DNA from: Squalus acanthias
Lineage: Eukaryota
Reading direction: 5' to 3'
DNA length: 64,000 nt
Assembly (NCBI GenBank): GCA_030390025.1
Contig: CM059432.1
Span: forward strand, 7,130,001 to 7,194,000
Positions 50,018 through 62,773 of this stretch are shown in pieces. The stretch's first letter is position 1; each line of letters begins with the position of its first letter. The notes beneath the pieces were generated by a model, which was not told the DNA's origin, searched no databases, and was given only the letters and a program-made list of their open reading frames with translations. The translations under genes and the position numbers were made by a program.

Positions 50018-51304
50018 GTGGGATGTTACAGCTTTGTTTTATCAGTGTTGTGTGTTCATCTGTTGTATAACTGTTTTGTTTTCAGTATGTTCATTTATTG
50101 GGGGAGAAAAAGCTTTAAATGCTGGTCTGTCGGGTTCACATTATGTCCTTTCATCCAGATTTGAATCCAATGTAAAGTCCTATTTGAAATTGAGTTAGAT
50201 AATTGGGGGCCAGTTTTCCTGGCCACACATTGTGTAAAGCATAGAAACAGGCCATTCAGCCCAACAGGTCTGTACTGGTGTTTGTGCTCCACATGAGCCT
50301 CCTCCCATCCTATTTCATCTCACCCTATCAGCATAACCTTCTATTCCTTTCTCCCTCATGTGCTTATCTAGCTTCCCCTTAAATGACTCTGTGCTATTCA
50401 CCTCAACTACTCCTTGTGGTAGCGAGTTCCACATCCTAACCACTCTGTGGGTAAAGAAGTTTCTCCTGAATTCCCTATTGAGATCATGGATCAAACAGGT
50501 GACCAATCATGACCAATACTTTCAGCTCCATTCCCATTGATTAGCATGACATGTTTCCCATCATCATTGCATTGGTGCATTTGTAAAAGTACAGGGAGTC
50601 ACTGGTGACTTGACTGTGCCTAAACTGAAGCCCACCTTGAGTGTCATTAAGTGACCATGTTTGCATCACAGTGTCTTGATGCATGAAACCCTTGGAAGAT
50701 GTGAGTGTGACAAAGCTTTCAACCGTTCTTTGCACCTTGACTGTATGCGTTGCTAAGGTGTGCATGCAATGGAGTGAAAGAGTTGTATGAAGGCTTGGAA
50801 TGGGGAAACAGTAAATGTGCATCAAGTTGGCAGGCAACATATTGATATGGGATTTTGAGCCATTGACCCAACACATTGTAGATTAAGTCAGATTCCTTAA
50901 AAGGTCCCATCTTCTCAAGCATCTGTTCCCAGTGTCTGACGACAGTGTTGGGTCTGAAAATCTGGAGTATGGACTCTGGGAATAGTGGAGATGCCTGGGG
51001 TAGCCAATGAGAAAATCCTCGATCATCTGGATTAGGCATGCCTGGAGCACATGTCTGGGAAGTCCAGTAATAGAAATCAAAAAAACCTGTGATATCATTA
51101 AGAACATTGAATCTGGAGAGAGAAATGATCTATGTGATAGTTTGTGTTTTGGGAAGGATGTGTGAGAACAAAATCCAGTTCTGATATTCAGTTGACGGAG
51201 TTGAGTTTTTCAAATAAAATTGAATAAGTAATAAAATATCTAAGGGATTTTTTTACCCAGTTTTCTCCACTTTAACTTCCTGAAAGCAGTGATTTATTAT
51301 TATT

Positions 51305-51720
51305 ATTCAATAAGATCATGACTGATCTTCGACGTCATCTCCCCATTCCTGCCCGATCCCCATATCCCTTGATTCCCTTAGAGTCCAAAAATCTATCGAT
51401 CGCAGCCTTGAATATACTCAACGACTCAGCATCCACAGCCCTCTCGGGAAAGAGAATTGCAAAGATCCAGGGGAAACAGCCTCTCAGCATCGACCCTATC
51501 AAGCCTTCTCACAATCTTATATGTTTCAACCTCTCTTTCTTCTAAACTCCAGAGAGTATAAGCCCATTCTACTCAATCTCTCCTCATAGGACAACCCTCT
51601 CATCCCAGGAATCAATCTAGTGAACCTTCGTTGCACCCCCTCTCAGGCAAATATATCCTTCCTCAGGTACAGAGACCAAAACTGTACTCCAGGTGTGGTC
51701 TCACCAAAGCCCTGTACAGT
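51305..51720 (-). mobile_element. CR1 3' fragment with internal deletion
   Basis: Matches the 3' end of the 45692 element family. Confidence 0.8.
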
Positions 51721-52437
51721 ATGAGCTGAGTGATTATCAGCTTCTTGCCAGTATGAGTGCCAGAGCTGAGGGTGATCACACTAGTCTTCTCCTCCCCCTC
51801 TTTCCCCCCCCCCCCCGCCCCTCAATGTGTAAATATGAAGACTTTCTAGCCGGGGTCACTAGTTGATGATTGGGGAGAGGAACCATAGCTGATTTTTTTC
51901 CCCCTTCTCTATCCCTCCCTCCACATTGCACCTCACTAACCTGGGAACACTGAAGCCAAGTGTAATAGTCTGCCTTGTGCCAACTGAGGTTAGATAATTC
52001 AACACAGACCATGGAACAGACCTGGACCTCTGCTGGCCTGTCCGGCTCAATACCAGACCCCACAGTGCTCTTAAGGGACCCTCCATTTGAGACATTTCTG
52101 TTTGAAATCTCTGCTTTCTGCTTGAGCAACAAAACAGATGAACCTAATCCTTCACCCAAGATGACACACGTTTCCGCTGACCGAAACATCGAGCTTAACA
52201 ACAATACGGTTTAGGATCAGCGTGATTTTACACTGTAAATGCTATCCATGAAAAATAGTGAAAGATTTTGCTCCGCTTTATAATGTCTGCAAATGATGTT
52301 TAGACAAACAAACTATCCAACTCGATCTTTCAGCATGCAAAACAGATTAGCTGACTGCTTGGAGGGTTTAGCTTAAAAATAAATAAACCTTTTTTTTATG
52401 GAATTGTATTTTTCCCCCCCCCCTTTTCCCTACTCAG

Positions 52438-52556
52438 GTGGTGTTTCTGCCCGGTTATGGCTGTGTGTACGTGGATATCGTTCATCACTCCAGCACCATA
52501 ACCGTGACCTTGGCTCCAGAGGGGAGAGCGGGCCCTGTTCTAACCAGCCTTCACGG
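52438..52556 (+). CDS. VPS13B: VPS13B exon 12 (VVFLPGYGCVYVDIVHHSSTITVTLAPEGRAGPVLTSLH)
   Basis: Long pyrimidine tract, tactcag| and |gtaatt; 119 nt, phase 0/2. Confidence 0.93.
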
Positions 52557-53199
52557 GTAATTACCTACGTGCCTAGATTGCAGATGAAGTATTGTGAGCT
52601 ACGAAATACAGTTGATAGAATGACACAGTGCAGAAGGAGGCCATTCGGCCCATCGTGCCTGTGCCGGCTCTTTGAAAGAGCTCTCGAATTAGTCCCACTC
52701 CCCCCCTGCCCTTTCCCCGTAGCCCTGCAGTTTTTTTTTCCCTTTTTAAGTATTTATCGAATTCCCTTTTGAAAGTTACCATTGAAGCTGCTTCCACCAT
52801 CCTTTCAGGCAGGGCATTCCAGATCATTACAACTCGCTGTGTAAAAAAAAAATATCTCCATCTCCTTGCTGGATTTTTTGCTAATTACCTTAACTCGGTG
52901 CCCTCTGGTTCCTTACTCTCTCGCCAGTGGAAACAGTGAACATGGACCTCAGTTAAGCAGTTGAAACTCCTTTATGCCTCAATTTTGATTGTTATTTATC
53001 CCATCTTCCCCTTAAACTCCAGTTCAAAGTCAACAGAACATGCCCCATTTGCACTCTGCCATGGGATCTGTGTGGTGAACTAAAATTATGAGATCTCCAT
53101 TTTTTTTTGCCACGCGAACCTGATGTACTATTCACATAATTTATGAAGGATTCTTAATGCAATAAACTTAGGACCGTATTATAATAATATTTGACAGGT

Positions 53200-53785
53200 T
53201 CATAGAATCATAGAAATTTACGGCACAGAAGGAGGCCATTCGGCCCATCGTGTCTGTGCCGGCTGAAAAAGAGCTATCCAGCCTAATCTCACTTTCCAGC
53301 TCTTGGTCCGTAGCCCTGGAGGTTACGGCACTTCAAGTGCATATCCAAGTACTTTTTAAATGCGATGAGGGTTTCTGCCTCTACCACCCTTTCAGGCAGT
53401 GAGTTCCAGACCCCCCCACCACCCTCTGGGTGAAAAAATTTCTCCTCAACTCCCCTCTAATCCTTCTACCAATGACTTTAAATCTATGCCCCCTGGCTAT
53501 TAACCTCTCTGCTAGGGGAAACAGGTCCTTCCTATCCACTCTATCTAGGCCCCTCATAATTTTATACACCTCAATTAAATCTCCCCTCAGCCTCCTCTGT
53601 TCCAAAGAAAACAACCGCAGCCTATCCAATCTTTCCTCATAGCTAAAATTCTCCAGTCTTGGCAACATCCTCGTAAATCTCCTCTGTACCCTCTCCAGTG
53701 CAATCACATCTTTCCTGTGATGTGGTGACCAGAATTGTACGCAGTACACCAGCTGTGGCCTAACTAGTGTTTTATATAGTTCTAT
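53200..53785 (-). mobile_element. CR1 3' fragment
   Basis: ORF 53381..53749 YCVQFWSPHHRKDVIALERVQRRFTRML; catagaatcatagaa tail. Confidence 0.92.
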
Positions 53786-54294
53786 TCTACGGTTATTGTA
53801 AAAATAAGCCTGAAGGAAACGTTTACCTTATCAAGTCAGACAGACCCTAAGCCGACGAAGATCGACAGTTGGAGATGTGGAGCACGTTTTGTTCAAACTA
53901 TTTTTCTACAATGTTTAGTTGTTGATTCTGGTGTTAAAAAAGATTTTGGAACAGGGAAGAGTTTTTTTTTAAATCAGTTTGGGATCCAATAACTCAGTCC
54001 AACACTCCAGCAATAATTAAGTAATATTAAGAGCTACGATATACAGTTAAACACTTGCACATTTGAAATATACAGATGCAAAAGCTGCCAACCGCTAAAT
54101 GGCTCACAGCAAAACTTGCCTTCCCTGCGCAGTGCCACACAACATCTTCAAACCTACTCAAGCAATTTAAACGTCGCAGGAAATCTTGCTGCAGCTTTTG
54201 CGCCAGGAACCGGCACAAGTTGAATTTCTCCACCTCAGGTTATGGTGTTCCTGCCTGATCACCATGCCACAAAAACGTACATGTGCATTCCATA

Positions 54295-57200
54295 AGAAGA
54301 TAAGAAATAGGAGCAGGGGTAGACCGTACAGCCCCACGAGCCTACTCCGCCATTGAATAGGATCATGGCTGATCTTCTACCTTAACTCCACTTTTCTGCC
54401 CTATCCCCATGTCCCTTGATTCCCTTAATATCCGAAAATCCATCGATCTCAGTCTTGAACATACTCAACGACTGAGCAAACGCGGCCCTCTGGGGTAGAG
54501 AATTCCAAAGATTCACAACCCTCTGGGTGAAGAAATTTCCCCTCAAATCCCCTCTAAACCTTCCCCCAATTACTTTAAATCTGTGCCCCCTGGTTTTTGA
54601 CCCTTCTGCTAACGGAAATAGATCCTTTCTATCCACTTTATCTATGCCCCTCATAATTTTATACACCTCAATAAGGTCTCCCCTCAGCCTCCTCTGTTCC
54701 AAGGAAAACAGACCCAGTCTATCCAGTCTTTCCTCATAGCTAAGATTCTCTACTCCCGGCAACATCCTTGTAAATCTCCTCTGTACCCTCTCTAGTGCAA
54801 TCACATCTTTCCTGTAATGTGGTGACCAGAACTGCACGCAGTACTCTAGCTGAGGCCTAACTAGTGTTTTATACAGTTGAAGCATAAACCCCTGCTTTTG
54901 TATTCTGTGCCACGGCTAATAAAGGCAAGCATTCCGTATGCCTTCTTAACCACCTTATCTACCTGGCCTGCTACCTTCAGGGATCTGTGAACATGCACTC
55001 CAAGGTCCCTTTGTTCCTCTACACTACTCAGTGTCCTACCATTTAATGTGTATTCCCTTTCCTTGTTAGCCCTCCCCAAATGCATTACCTCACACTTCTC
55101 CGGATTGAATTCCATTTGCCACTGTTCGGCCCACCTGACCAATTTATTGATATCTTCCTGCAGTCTACAGCTTCCTTCTTCAGTATCGACCACACAGCCG
55201 ATTTTAGTATCATTTGCAAACTTCTTAATCATACCCCCTATATTGAAGTCTAGATCGCTGATATATACCACAAAAAGCAAGGAACCTAGTACTGAGCCCT
55301 GCAGAACCCCACTGGAAACAGCCTTCCAGTCACAAAAACACCCATCAACCATTACCCTCTGCTTCCTGTCTCCGAGCCAGTTTTGAATCCAACTTGACAC
55401 TTTGCCCTGGATCCCATGGGCTTTTAACTTTGTGACCAGTCTGCCATGTGGAACCTTATCAAAAGCCTTGCTAAAGTCCATATAAACTACATCAAACGCA
55501 CGACCCTCCTTGTTAACTCCTCAAAAAATTCAATCAAGTTTGTCAGACACGACCTTCCCTTAACAAATCCGTGTTGACTATCCTTGATTAATCCGTGTCT
55601 TTCTAAATGAAGGTTTATCCTGTCCTTCAGAATTCTTTCCAATAATTTTCCCACCACCGAGGTTAGGCTGACTGGCCTGCAATTACTCGGTCTATCCTTT
55701 TCTCCCTTTTTAAACAAGGGCACCACATTAGCAGTCCTCCGGCACCACACCTGAAGCCAGAGAGGATTGAAAAATGATGGTCAGAGCCTCTGCTATTTCC
55801 TCTTTTGCTTCGCTTAACAGCCTGGGATACATTTCATCTGGGCCTGGGGATTTATCCACTTTTAAAGCTGCTAAACCCCTTAATACTTCCTCTCTCACTA
55901 TGTTTATTTCATCTAATATTTCACACTCCTCCCCCCCACCGATAGCAATGTCTGCTTCGCCCCTCTCCTTTGTGAAAACAGACGCAAAGTATTCATTAAG
56001 AACCCTACCGACGTCTCCCGCCTCCACACACACATTACCCTCATGATCTCTAATAGGCCCTACCCTTTCTTTAATTATCCTCTTACTCTTAATATATTTA
56101 TAAAACATCTTTGGATTTTCCTTGATTTTAATTGCCAAGAATTTTTCATGCTCTCTCTTTGCTTTCCTAATATCCTTTTTAATTGCACCCCTGCACTTTC
56201 TGTACTCCTCTAAAGATTCTGGAGTATTTAGCCCTCGGTATCTGTCATATGCCTCCCTTTTTTTCTTTATCCTACCCTGTATGTCCCTAGACATCCAGGG
56301 GCCTCCCACTTGCTTTTTTATCTGTTTCATTTCCTGCTTTTTTCTCAGTTCTGACGAAGGGTCTTCGACCTGAAACGTTAACTCTGTTTCTCTCTCCACG
56401 GATGTTGCCTGGCCTGCTGAGTTTTTCCACCGTTTTCTGTTGTTGTTTCAATTTTCCAGCATCCGCAGTATTTTGCTATTGTATTGGGCTCTAGATTTGT
56501 TAGTCCTACCTTTTTTCTTTAAGGGAACATATTTGGTCTGAACCCTTCGGATCTTCTCCTTGAATGCCTCCCACTGCTCTGACACTGATTTACCTTCAAG
56601 TAGCTGTTTCCAGTCCACTATGGCTAAATCCCCTCTGAGCTTAGCAAAATTTGCTTTTCCCCAATTTAGAATTTTTATTCCTGGTCTGTCCTTGTCCTTT
56701 TCCATAACTACCTTAAATCTAACAGAATTATGGTCACTAGCACCAAAATGCTATCCTTCCACCTGCCCAGCTTCATTCCCTAAAACGAAGTCCAGAACTG
56801 CCCCCTCCCTTGTTGGGCTTGCTACATACTGGCTAAAAAAGTTCTCCTGGATGTATTTTAGGAATTCCTCACCCTCTGTACTCTTCACACTAATTTTATC
56901 CCAGTTAATATTGGGGTAATTGAAATCCCCTACTATTACTGCCCTATAGTTTTTGCACTACTCTGAAATTTGTCTCCATATTTGTTCTTCTATCTCCCTC
57001 TCACTGTTTGGGGGTCTGTAGTACACTCCCAGCAGTGTGATCGCCCTTTTTTGTTTTTCAATTCGACCCATATGGCCTCGTTTGATGATCCCTCCAACAT
57101 ATTATCCCTCCTCACAGCTGTAATAGTTTCTTTAATCAATACCGCGACCCCCTCCCTTTTTACCTCCCTCTCTATCTCGTCTGAAAATCCTGTAACCAGG

Positions 57201-58320
57201 AATGTTGAGCTGCCATACCTGCCCCTCTTTCAGCCACGTCTCTGTAATAGCTATAATATCATAGTCCCAAGTATCTACCTGTGCCCTCAGCTCATCTGCC
57301 TTGTTCGCTATACTCCTTGCATTGAAGTATGTACCATTTAGTACAGGCAAACCTCCTTGTTGACTACTATCTAGCCCTTGATTCCTCTGTCCTTCCAATT
57401 TACTTTCTACGTTTTTGTTTTCCAATTCCAGTTTTTCTTCCCTCCCTATTGACTCTATACTTAGGTTCCCATCTCCCTGCCAAGCTAGTTTAAACCCTCC
57501 CCAACAGCACTAGCAAACCCTCCCGCGAGGATATTGGTCCCGTTCCCGTTGAGGTGCAACCCGTCTGGCTTGTAGAGGTTCCACCTCCCCCAGAAACGGT
57601 TCCAATTCCTCAGGAATCTAAAGCCCTCCCTCCTACACCATCTCTCCAGCCACGCATTCATCTGCTCTATCTTCCTATTTCTGTACTCACTAGCACGTAA
57701 TCCGGAGATTACTACCTTTGAGGTCCTGCTTTTTAACCTCTTTCCTAGCTCCATAAACTCTGTCTGCAGGACCTCATCCCTCTTTCTACCTATGTCGTTG
57801 GTACCGATATGGACTACGACCTCTGGTTGTTCACCCTCCCCCCTCAATGCCCTGCAGCCGCTCAGTGACATCCTTGACCCTGGAACCAGGGAGGCAACAT
57901 ACCATCCTGGAGTCACGTCTGCGGCCACAGACACACCTGTCTACTCCCCTAACTATTGAATCCCCTATCACTGTTGCTCTCCCTCTCCTCTTCCCCCCCG
58001 CCTGTGCTGTGGACTTGGCTCTGGCTGCACTCCCCAGAGGAACCATCGCCCTCACCAGTACTCAGCACCAAATACTGGTTGGTGAGCAAGATGGGCTCAG
58101 GGGTCTCCTGCACTACCTGCCTGGTCCTCCTCTAGTGTCTGACGGTCACCCATTCCCTCTCTGCCTGCATACTCTTAAGCTGCGGGGTGACCACCTCCCG
58201 AAACGTGCTATCCACGTAGCTCTCAGCCTCGCGGATGCACAGCAGTGACTGCAGCCGCCGCTCAAGCTCCGTAACCCAGTGCTCGAGCTGCTGTAGCTGA
58301 CGACACTTCCCGCACATGTT
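54295..58320 (-). mobile_element. Near-full degenerate CR1 (ORF1 zinc-finger/coiled-coil plus SGNH esterase; ORF2 APE-RT), with a Penelope fragment at about 56302-56485
   Basis: ORF1: CGKCRQLQQLEHWVTELERRL, VIGDSIVRG, HIGTNDIG, DGLHLN. ORF2: NARSI, ITETW, DFSKAFDKV, FAND (mutated FADD). Confidence 0.93.
56347..56383 (+). ncRNA. Minimal type I hammerhead motif in a Penelope terminal-repeat fragment
   Basis: AGTT-CTGACGA-A-GGGTC(ttc)GACCT-GAAA-CGTT-AACT. Confidence 0.7.
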
Positions 58321-58785
58321 TACCAGAATGATACCCGGACTCCAAGGGTTAAATTACGAGGAGACATTACACAAATTAGGGTTGTTTTCCCTAGAATTTA
58401 GAAGGTTAAGGGGTGATCTGATCGAAGTTTTCAAGATATTAAGGGGGAACAGCTGGAGAGAAACTATTTCCACTGGTTGGGGCGTCTAGGACGAGGGGGC
58501 AAAGTCTAAAAATTAGAGCCAGACCTTTCAGGAGTGAAGTTAGGAAACACTTCGACACACAAAGGGTGGTAGAAGTTTGGAACTCTCTTCCACAAATGGC
58601 AATCGATGCTAGATTAATTGTTAATTTTAAATCTGAGATTGATAGATTTTTGTTAACCAAAGGTATTAAGGGATATGGGCCAAAGACGGGTATATGGAGT
58701 TAGATCACAGATCAGCCATGATTTCATTGAATGGCGGAACAGGCTCAAGGGCCTCAATGGCCTCCTCGTGTTCCTGTGTTCCAAT
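58320..58785 (+). mobile_element. CR1 3' fragment
   Basis: RT C-terminal remnant and 3' UTR; same subfamily as 63705-63965. Confidence 0.88.
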
Positions 58786-61140
58786 GTTCCATTCTACTCA
58801 ATCTCCTCATAGGACAACCCTCTCATCCCAGTAATCAATCTGGTGAACCTTTGTTACACTCCCTCTAAGGCAAGTATATCCTTCATTAGGTAAGGAGACC
58901 AAAACTGTACACAGTACTCCAGGTGTGGTCTCACCAAGGCCCTGTATAATTGGTGTAAGCCTTCTTTACTCCTGTACTCAAATCCTCTTGTAATGAAGGC
59001 CAGCATACCATTTGCCTTCCTAACTACTGATGTGAGGCTAACAGGTCTGTCGTTCCCCGTTTTCTCTCTCCCTCTTTTCTTAAATAGCGGAGTTACATTT
59101 GCTATCCTCCAATCTGCAGGAACCGTTCCAGAATCTATAGAATTTTGGAAGATGACAACCAATGCGCCCACTATCCTAATGGCCACCTCTTTCAAAACCC
59201 TAGGATGTAGGTCATCCGGTCCTTGGGATTTATCGACTTTTAGTCCCATTAATTTTGCTAGTACTGTTTTTTTACTACTAATAATTTCTTTAAGTTCCTC
59301 ATTCTCGCCTTGGTTTTCTCGTATTTCTGGGAGGTTTTTTGTGTCTTCCTCCGTGAAGACAGAAACAATGTATTTAATTTCTCTGCCATTTCCTCATTCT
59401 CCATTATAAATTCTCCCGTCTCTGACTATAAAGGACCTACATTTACCTTTGCCAGTCTTTTCCTTTTCACATACCTATGGAAGCTTTTACAATCCGTTTT
59501 TATATTTTTCGCTAGTTTGTGCTCATATTCCTTTTTCCCTTTCTTTATCAATTTCTTGGTCCCCCTTTGCTGATTTCTAAAAAGATCCCAATCCTCAGGC
59601 TGACCGCTTTTTCGGGCAACTTTATAAACTTCCTCCTTTGACTTAATACTAGCTTTAATTTCTTTTGTTAGCCATGGTTGGATCACTTTTCCTTTTGGGT
59701 TTTTATGCCCTAGAGGAATATATGTTTGTTGCAAATTATGCATTATTTCCTTGAATGTTAGCCATTGTATGTCCACCTTTATACCTTTTAGTGTAGTCTC
59801 CCAATCTGTCATGGCCAACTTGTCCTCATACCCTTGTAGTTTCCTCTGTTTAGATTGAAGACCTTAGTTTCAGATTTGACTACATCACTCTCAAACTTAA
59901 TGTAAAATTCAATCATATTATGGTCACTTGTCCCTAAAGGCCCCTTTACCACAAGGTTATTGATTAGCCCTTTCTCATTTCACAGTAGGGCAACACGGTG
60001 GCATAGTGGTTAGCACTGTTGCCTCACAGCGCCAGGGACCCGGGTTCAAATCCGGCCTTGGGTGACTGTCTGTGTGGAGTTTGCACAGTCTCCCCGTGTC
60101 TGCGTGGGTTTCCTCCGGGTGCTCCGGTTTCCCCCCACAGTCCAAAGATGTGCGGGTTAGGTTGATTTGGCTATGATAAATTGACCCTTAGTGTTAGGGG
60201 GATTAAATATGTGGGGTTACGGGGATAGGGTGGGATATGTGTCGGTGCAGGCTCGATGGGCCGAAATGGCCTCTATCTGCACTGTGGGGATTCTGTGATT
60301 CTGTGAATACCAGATCCAGAATAGCCTGTTCCCTGGTTGGTTCCTCCACATACTGATCCAGGAAACCATCTCGCATGCATTCCAAGAATTTGTCCTCCAC
60401 ACCATTAGTGGTAATTTGATTTGCCCAGTCAATATGTAGATTAAAGTCCCCCATGATTACCATATTGCCCTTGTTACATGCACTTCTAATTTCTTGATTG
60501 ATACTGTGCCCTACATTACCACCACTGTTTGGTGGCCTATACATAACTCCCACCAATGTTTTCTGCCCTTTGCTGTTTCTTAGCTCCAGCCAAACTGATT
60601 CCAGTTCTACATCACGATCTGCCAAGCCAAGATCTCTTATCTCTACTGTACCGATCTCATCCCTTATTACAGCGCTACGCCACCTCCTTTTCCTTTTTGT
60701 CTGTCCTTCCTAAATGTTGAGTACCCTGGAACATTCAGTTCCCAGCTTTGGTTACCCTGCAACCATGTCTCCGTAATGGCAATTACATCATACCCATTTA
60801 CTTCTATTTGTGCCATTAATTCATCCACCTTGTTGCGAATGCTACGTGCATTTAGATAAAGTGCCTTCAACTTTGCCTGTTTAATATTTTTCCGCACTTT
60901 GACCCTCTTTACTGTTGGCCTTTGTTTCTGCTCCCTACTAGTTTTGCTGACTACTTTTCTAACTTTCACTTCCAGCTTTGTTTCTCTCCGTTCTGGGCCC
61001 ACACTTAGGTTCCCAGCCCCCTGACAAACTAGTTTAAATCCTTCCCAACAGCACTAGCAAACTCCCCCTGCAAGGATATTGGTCCCGGTTCTGCCGCGGT
61101 GTAACCCATCCAGCTTGTACGGGTCCCACCTTCCCCAGAA
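58786..61140 (-). mobile_element. CR1 with the RT core deleted, interrupted by an HE1-like SINE
   Basis: LYLNARSIRNKVDEL, GDFN and the linker are present. RPVSLTSVV is fused directly to RKANGMLAF. Confidence 0.9.
59988..60306 (+). mobile_element. HE1-like V-SINE (tRNA head, V domain, CR1-type tail)
   Basis: A-box tggcatagtggttag, B-box ggttcaaatcc, V domain tctgtgtggagtttgcac...gcgtgggtttcctccgggtgctccggtttc, tail gattctgtgattctgtga. Confidence 0.9.
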
Positions 61141-61267
61141 TCATATTGATAGTGAAAACCCAGAGGATTACTTCAAAGGAAGTCAGGACCAGAGGGAATA
61201 AATAGAAATTATTGAAAAGAAATATCAGGAAGAACTCCTACGCACAAAGGGTGATAATACCAAGGAA

Positions 61268-61440
61268 TACGGTAGCATAGCGGTTATGTTACTGGACTAG
61301 TAATCCAGAGGCTTGGACTGATGATCCAGAGACAGGAGTTTAAATCGCATCATGGCAGCTGGGGAATTTAAATTCAGTTAATTAAATAAGTATCGGTACT
61401 GGTGACCATGAAACGAGCAGATTGTCATAAAAATCCATCT
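61268..61440 (+). mobile_element. tRNA-derived SINE head (family of 6570-6810 and 40190-40750)
   Basis: ggtagcatagcggtt...actagtaatccag head; ends in gattgtcataaaaatccatct, which overlaps the start of the 40190 copy. Confidence 0.6.
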
Positions 61441-61544
61441 ACATTGTTACCTGTTGCTTGGTACTTCAGTGGTTAAAAGTCAACCCAGGACTTTTGTAAG
61501 AATAATGCTCCAATGGACCAAATGGACAATTATCTTTAGTGTTA

Positions 61545-62185
61545 TTAACGGAACAGGAGTAGGCCATTCAGCCCCTCGAGCCCGTTCCGCCATTCAATAT
61601 CTGTCTATCTCAGTCTTGAAAATTTCAATTGTCCCTCAGCATCTACACCCTTTTGGCAGAGGGAATTCCAGATTTCCACTACCCTTCATGTGAAAAAATG
61701 CTTCCTAATTTTACTTCTAAATGGCCGAACTTTAATTTTAAGATAGTTAGCCCCCCCCCCCACCTTCTGGATTCTACCACCAGAAGAAATTGTTTCTCGG
61801 TATCTACCCTATCGAATCCTTTTTATTTAGACTGCCCCTCAACCTTCTAAACTCAAGGCCTGTCCTCATAATTTAATCCTTTGAGGTCTGCTATAATTCT
61901 GCTCAATCTGCGCTGTACTCCCTCCAAGGCCTATATCTTCCTGAGGTGCAGTTCCTAAATCTGAGCGCACTACTCCAGCTGGGGTCTGACCAAGGCTCTG
62001 TCAAACTGAAGCACAACTTCCTCGCCTTAGTTTTCCAGCCCCTTCAAGATAAAGACCGACAACCCATTAGCCTTTTTGATTACTTCTTGCACCGGTGAGC
62101 TAGCTTTTAGTGATGTGTGTACATGGACACCCAAATCCCTTTTGCTCCTCCATAGTTCCGAGTCCCTCGCCATTTAGAAAATATT
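61545..62185 (-). mobile_element. Decayed CR1 3' fragment
   Basis: ggaacaggagtaggccattcagcccctcgagc tail and an RT remnant. Confidence 0.8.
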
Positions 62186-62773
62186 TACGGAGAGCGCAAG
62201 CTGGGGGGCCGGCCTGGAGAGCAACATTGGAATAGTCAAGTCTCGAGGTAACGAAGATAGCGATACTGTAATTTCCTCAGCTAGTGCAAGGATCCCTCAC
62301 CTTGTCGGCTCAACCAGGGGCAAATTAACCCGTCCCAAATACAATTCGCGACGCTGGGACATCTGAGCCATTCAGCCACCCAATAATCATCTGGTTTTGC
62401 TAGAAACCTAAAAAGCAGCTCGAGGGCTTTTTGGCATTCAAGATTTAACAAAAAAATAGTTTGTGGCTGCTAGGCTGAACATGGTTAAAATCCAGAAAGA
62501 TGGCAATCTTTATGAATAGCTGGTCTGATCCTTATTAGTAGGCTCATGAGCAATAGTTCAAAGAGCTTTGTGCACAGTGTTTGAGAAAACTGCACTTAAC
62601 ATTTCCCATTCATTCTCGGGAGAATTCCCCAAAATGTTTAAGAATCACACAGTGACAAATGAATTGCGTATCCTCAGTCTTTTGAGACTCTTCAAAATGC
62701 TTCTTGCCTGTTGCGTTACTGAAGCGCAGATAAATTTTAACGCCGTGTGTTTTTCTCTTTTTTTTTTGCACAG

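Noticed and set aside
50541..51107. Minus-strand ORF cluster as a decayed transposase or hidden gene
   Set aside because: No motif I can name with confidence; a translated HMM search would be needed.
59988..60060. tRNA gene
   Set aside because: The tRNA-like segment continues into a V domain and a LINE tail, so it is a SINE head. The same applies at 32305 and 61268.
62568..62773. N-terminal extension of the 346-aa ORF as part of a stand-alone gene
   Set aside because: It is intronic read-through ending in the polypyrimidine tract; VPS13B similarity starts at the acceptor at 62774.
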